Program-made: the position numbers and the translations under genes | Notes under the pieces: model-generated | Told to the model about the DNA's origin: nothing | What the model saw: only the letters and a program-made list of their open reading frames with translations | The model's database searches: none | Assembly (NCBI RefSeq): GCF_036321535.1 | Contig: NC_087451.1 | Span: forward strand, 19,654,001 to 19,718,000 | Reading direction: 5' to 3' | Length of the DNA stretch: 64,000 nucleotides | Source: Camelus dromedarius | Lineage: Eukaryota | Shown here: positions 59,216 to 64,000 of the stretch, in pieces | Layout of the letters: every line of letters starts with the position of its first letter | How positions within the stretch are numbered: the stretch's first letter is position 1

Positions 59216-61217
59216 CCGGCGGGCCGCCCTGGCTCCACCTCCAACTCCCCCCACCCCATTCAGTATGTTTAGACCTCCTTCCTCCACTCCCACCTCTGTC
59301 CCCGCGGCTGGCACTCCACACCCCTTATCTAGTACATCCTGTCTGGCATCTCTGAGACCGGGGAGGGGGGGGGGGACCTCAGGAGCTCAAACACAGCCGG
59401 CCTGGCTGGTAACTCCTAACCATCTTTCCATCTTCCTGATCCTGCCAAGCAGAGAGAAGCTTTTCCTCCTGAATGCAGCCAAAGCACATCCTTCATACTT
59501 GGGTTATGGCCTTAACTCAACGCTGTAATTATCTGTGTCCCCTACTTGACTGTGAATACCTAGACGCTTTGTCCTATCCTATTTTTCTTTGTACTTTGAT
59601 GCCTAGAACAGTGCTTGTCGTTAAATAAGAACCTGATATATATTTATGGATCTACTAATGAAAGCCTTTGCTCTTCCTAATTTAGTCAAGCAGCCAATCA
59701 ATCCATGGCTTAATAGGCAGTGAGTGCACAGAATTCATGCAACTATGTGTCAGGCACTGTTCTAGGCTAGGCTAGAATTGAAAGAGATGAAGGACACATA
59801 TGATGGGGATCAAAGAGAAAGAATGGACAGGTGAAACAACAAATACAGAGGCCCGGTGGTGGGAACAAATGCAAGAAGTTGATGAGGCTTGAGGGAAGGA
59901 GTGGAAATTAAAGAGATAAAGTGAAAGAGGAGCATTTAAGGCCATTGTACATTTAGTACATTTATAGCAGCCTCAAATCATTTTTGGAGCAAGATAGAAT
60001 AAACATGGATTATAATATAATAAGGATAAACATTTTAGATAATAAGAATGCTCGAGTCATAATAGGAAAATCAAGACTAATTCTACAAGTTATGATATCC
60101 CCTAGTTCAACTTCACTTGATGCAAGGTCTCTGTTCCTTACAGGAGCTAGTTAAGTACTGTGGTGCCAATTTATTTATAAGGCAAATCTTTGTTTGCAAT
60201 CATTTCCCATTATTACATCAGAGATGTGTTCCTTCCCTTTTCACCAAAGCAACAGCAAACAAGAGATCCCCCAGAGAAGCTGAAACCTCTCTCATTCCAC
60301 TCCAGTCACACTGGCTCCCTTATTAGAACACCAGTCTGAGCCTAGTCAAACTCCCAAACCTAATGATTCCTTTTACATTCAATATTTCTCAACTCTAGAA
60401 GACCCCCCCCTCCATTTACCAAGTCCATGAAGATGTGCCCTGTGTCCTGGGATTTACTTTTGATAGTTTGTAGGAGGGAGAGTTGAGTTTAGGCTCCAGT
60501 GATCAGAGAAAGTTGAACTGGACCCACCACCACCTGGTGTGACTAAATGTCAGATTCACAGCTTAATCTGGTGGCAGCGTGTAGGGCCAAATGAGAGGGC
60601 CACAAGTTCTGTCACAGAGGGAGGGAAGTACGGACGATTGGGAGCTGTCTCAGATCCAGTGATTTTGAATAGGCTGTGCTTGTTCAGGGGGCAGCTGGAG
60701 TAAGTGACGAAAGTCAGGAGAAAGATCAGGGCCAAACTGATGAATCTAAAAGTCACTATATGAACGTGAAAACTGAAGTGTTATAGAGTGCTAAAATGTA
60801 GAGGAGCCAGGACCAGAAAGATAGAGCTGAGCAGACTAAGGCTCCCTTAAGGAGCTGGAAGCAGGTATGAGATGGAGCCAGGAATGCTTGGAGGGAAAGA
60901 AGCCCAGGAGTAGTCAGATGCCAAGAATCAACAAATGGCCTCTGTCAGAAGTGAGCCAGAGAGTACAGTCTGGAATCTTACCTACCAAACAGATAATAAC
61001 TGTTATGTCTGGGGCAGGGTTGGAATTAGGGTGAGGCAAGTGAGGCATCTAAAATTTATTAAATGTAGCATCCTAATTGTTGTACTTGCCTTATCCTAGT
61101 CTTGGCCCTGTACTGGGGAGAATGGAATGGGAATAGGAAGAATGAGGATAAAAATTTTCACTTTTTCCTCTGAACGTTCCTGTGTTGCCTGACTCTTTTG
61201 AAAAGACCATTAGGCTG

Positions 61218-61917
61218 ACTATAGGAAACAGTATTGAGATTCCTTTAAAAACTAAAAGTAGGCTTATCATATGATCCAGCAATCCTACTCCTGGGCATAT
61301 ATCTGGAGAAAACTTCAATTCAAAAAGATACATGCACTCCAATGTTCATAGCATCGTTACTTACAATAACCAAGGAGCAAACTAAATGTCCATAAACAGA
61401 TGACTGGATAAAGATGATGTGGTATATATAGTATATATATACTATATATATACAAGGGAATACTACTTAGCCATGAAAAAGAATGCAATAATGCCATTTA
61501 CAGCAACATGGATGGACCTACAGATTATCACACTAAATAAAGTAAGTTTGAGAGAGAATGACAAATATCATATATCACTTATATGTGGAATCTAAAAAAA
61601 TTACACAAATGAACTTATTTACAAGACAGACAGAAACTCATAGACATAGAAAACAAACTTACAGTTACCAAAGGAGAAAGTGGAGGAGGGATAAATTGGT
61701 AGTTTGGGATTAGCAGATACACACTACTATATATAAAATAGATAAGAAACAAGGTCCTACTGTATAGCAGAGGGAAATATATTCAATAACTTGTAATAAC
61801 CTATAATGAAAAAGAATATATATACACATACATACATATAACTGAATCATTATGCTGTATACCAGAAACTAATACAACACTGTAAATCAACTATAATTCA
61901 GTTTAAAAAAAATAAAT
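61218..61917 (+). mobile_element. 5'-truncated young L1 between the CTC1 and PFAS promoters
   Basis: L1 ORF2 end, 3'UTR and polyA; 16-bp TSD AAAGACCATTAGGCTG (61202-61217) / AAAGACCATTGGGCTG (61918-61933). Confidence 0.9.
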
Positions 61918-62867
61918 AAAGACCATTGGGCTGGGTACTGTGTTTGCCCTGGTACACTACTCCAGCATACTTGCCCTCAGGCTTCTGGTTAGGTTTAGCT
62001 AACGGGAGACAGACATTTGGTACGGGACACAGGATAGGAGGAAAGAGAATCCTGTGTTTATTCCATTTCTCCCTCAACACTGTGCTTGTGGCAGTGGCTT
62101 CCTTTGTCCTGTTGAATGCCCTTCCCTCATGACTCCACTTCTCTCCCAGCTAATAACACCATTCCTCCCTTTGTCCCTTTGAGCCTGGAGGTGGTAACCA
62201 CTTTCTGCTCTTGCCAGGCTCTGGGCGGCTCACAGTATTTTGCTGGTTCCCTTAATCCAGCCCATGTCTCTTTAAGTAGACTACTAAATTCTTATTGATT
62301 ACACCTTTTTGAGTGTACCATCTGTTTTCTGAAAGGATCCTGACTAATACAATCATACAGGTATGTATTATGAGGGTTTTAAAAATGTGCAAAAAACAAG
62401 TACATAGGTAGAAAGTGATAAGTGTTTGCATTACGAAACTAAGGAATGAATCACTGCAATATGCCTCAGCTTCCAAATCTGTCAAATAAGGATTTTGTGA
62501 AGATCGACCGAGATTATGTGAAGTGCTTTAATGGGTGCCTAATAAATGCTTCCAATCATTATTATTGTTACTGTAACTAGCCAGAATATGGGAGTTAAAA
62601 ATATATGCCTCCCACTCTTCTAAGAATTAAACAAATCAGCTCATTCAGAAAAGACAAAAGTGAAAGAAAGCAAGCCAAGGGAGCAGGGGGAGGAAACTTG
62701 AGTCCTGGTTCCGTTTCCTGCATTCAAAGTATGTCTCCGTCACAGTTTGCACAGGGACAAGAGAAGAGGGGACATGGAACCGAGTGTATCTTCACAAACG
62801 TTAACTCAAGAGAGATTCGTGGGACAAACCCTCTGCGGGGAGAAGCTTCTCTAGGAATTGAAGCAAG

Positions 62868-63190
62868 AGCGCGGCTGCAGCCTGGGCCGGCCGGGAGGGG
62901 CGCTCTTAGGCTCCGCCTCTGCTCGCGGCGCGCGCGGATGACGTTGCTCTGCGCGCCCGGTTCGAGGAGCTCAGGGACTGCAGGAGCAGCTACCACGTGC
63001 GTATGGCCACCGCGCGCCCGCCCTGCCGCCCCCGCATGCAGCAACCGGTAGCCACCCACCCCACGCCTGACCCAGGCCCCTGCAGGATCCCCACCAGGCT
63101 ACTGCGCCTAGCGGGGGCCTGCGTGCCCGCCTTAGTGCATGCGCCCTTTCCCGTTTCTTGGACGCCCGGCAGGGAGACTCCACGTAAACT
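62868..63190 (+). promoter_or_regulatory. CpG-island promoter / probable non-coding first exon of PFAS
   Basis: CpG-dense island with E-box CACGTG (62994-62999) and NRF1-like GCATGCGC (63137-63144). Gene identity is inferred only from the human order CTC1-PFAS; no PFAS coding sequence is visible. Confidence 0.55.
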
Positions 63191-64000
63191 CAGGCCCTCT
63201 CTAACAATTCAACCAACAAAGAAAAATCCTTTGACCGCCTACTTTTTTTTTTTTCCTTTGGCCGCCGATTTTATGTCAGGCACCATGCTAGTCGTTGGGG
63301 AGACAGCCCTGATGTAAGCAGTCTTGTCTCTGTGCTATTAGAGCTTCTATTTTACTGTGAATGATAGACGAAAATCAGCTGGTTTAATACAATGATTTAT
63401 GGATATGATAATTCCTATGAAGGAATTATGGTATGGAGCACGACTGAGGCGTCTAACTTTAAAAAGGGTGATAAACACGGAGCAGGAATCACTGAGATAG
63501 TGAGGAATCAAGATCTGGCAGGAGCACTGATTGCTGAAACTAGCCTTGGCCTGGTGAATGATGGGAATCGAGAGTTAATTCAATCAGTCAACAGTTTTTA
63601 GATTTTTGTTTTTTAAGCCCCAGGTATTGTTCTAAGCCTTGGTAATCCAGTGGAGGTACATTCATTAGTACATTCATGCCCCCATGGAGATTTTGTTCTA
63701 GTGGGAAAGGAAGAGCTAAAAATAAATTAAAATGTCAGATAGCAATAAGTACTATATAGAAAGTTAAAATAAGGCCATCTTACCATGGCTCCTTCAGAGC
63801 AGTTGATCAAGGAAGTCCTTTTCAAGAAGGTGAGTTTCACCTGAAGTCCAAATAACAAGAAAGAGCTAGTCATGCAAAGATCAGGGTGAGAAAAATGCCT
63901 TTTAGACCTGAGCTTGGCAAGTTAGAATAATAGAAAAGAAGCCAGTGTGGTTGATGCATCATGGGTGAGAAGGAGAGTAGTGTGAGACAGTGTTGGAGAT

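Noticed and set aside
62605-63317. ORFs over the right-hand CpG island as PFAS coding sequence
   Set aside because: None matches the PFAS N-terminus as I recall it (MSPVLHFYVRP); coding exons should lie beyond the window.
1-64000. CRISPR arrays, prokaryotic operons, interstitial (TTAGGG)n arrays
   Set aside because: Vertebrate intron-exon DNA with no repeat-spacer array and only isolated CCCTAA/TTAGGG hexamers.

Overview
Mammalian genomic DNA, probably a camelid (tRNA-Ala-derived Vic-1-type SINEs), matching the human 17p13.1 block. From left to right: an independently transcribed U8 snoRNA (SNORD118) just downstream of TMEM107; a four-gene tRNA cluster (Trp-CCA, Ser-GCT, Thr-AGT, Ile-AAT); intronless BORCS6; AURKB; a seven-gene tRNA cluster (Trp-CCA, Gly-TCC, Asp-GTC, Pro-CGG, Thr-AGT, Ser-AGA, Ile-AAT); 23-exon CTC1; and a CpG-island promoter that by synteny belongs to PFAS. 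All four protein genes are on the minus strand. Their exons were delimited by hand from GT-AG junctions and give intact frames, although part of one AURKB exon lies in an N run. The rest is L1, L2, MIR, MaLR/ERV LTR, hAT transposon and SINE debris, plus four N runs of 139-156 nt. I found no clearly new gene system. The best leads are a stop-free in-frame CTC1 intron holding a telomere-spaced G-tract array, tRNA genes placed in sense inside a possible long CTC1 3' UTR, a 9-aa deletion in CTC1 relative to human, and the conserved 5'-end/3'-extension duplex of pre-U8. Human comparisons are from memory of the proteins and gene order, not from a database search. Repeat family names are by recognition and their boundaries are approximate.
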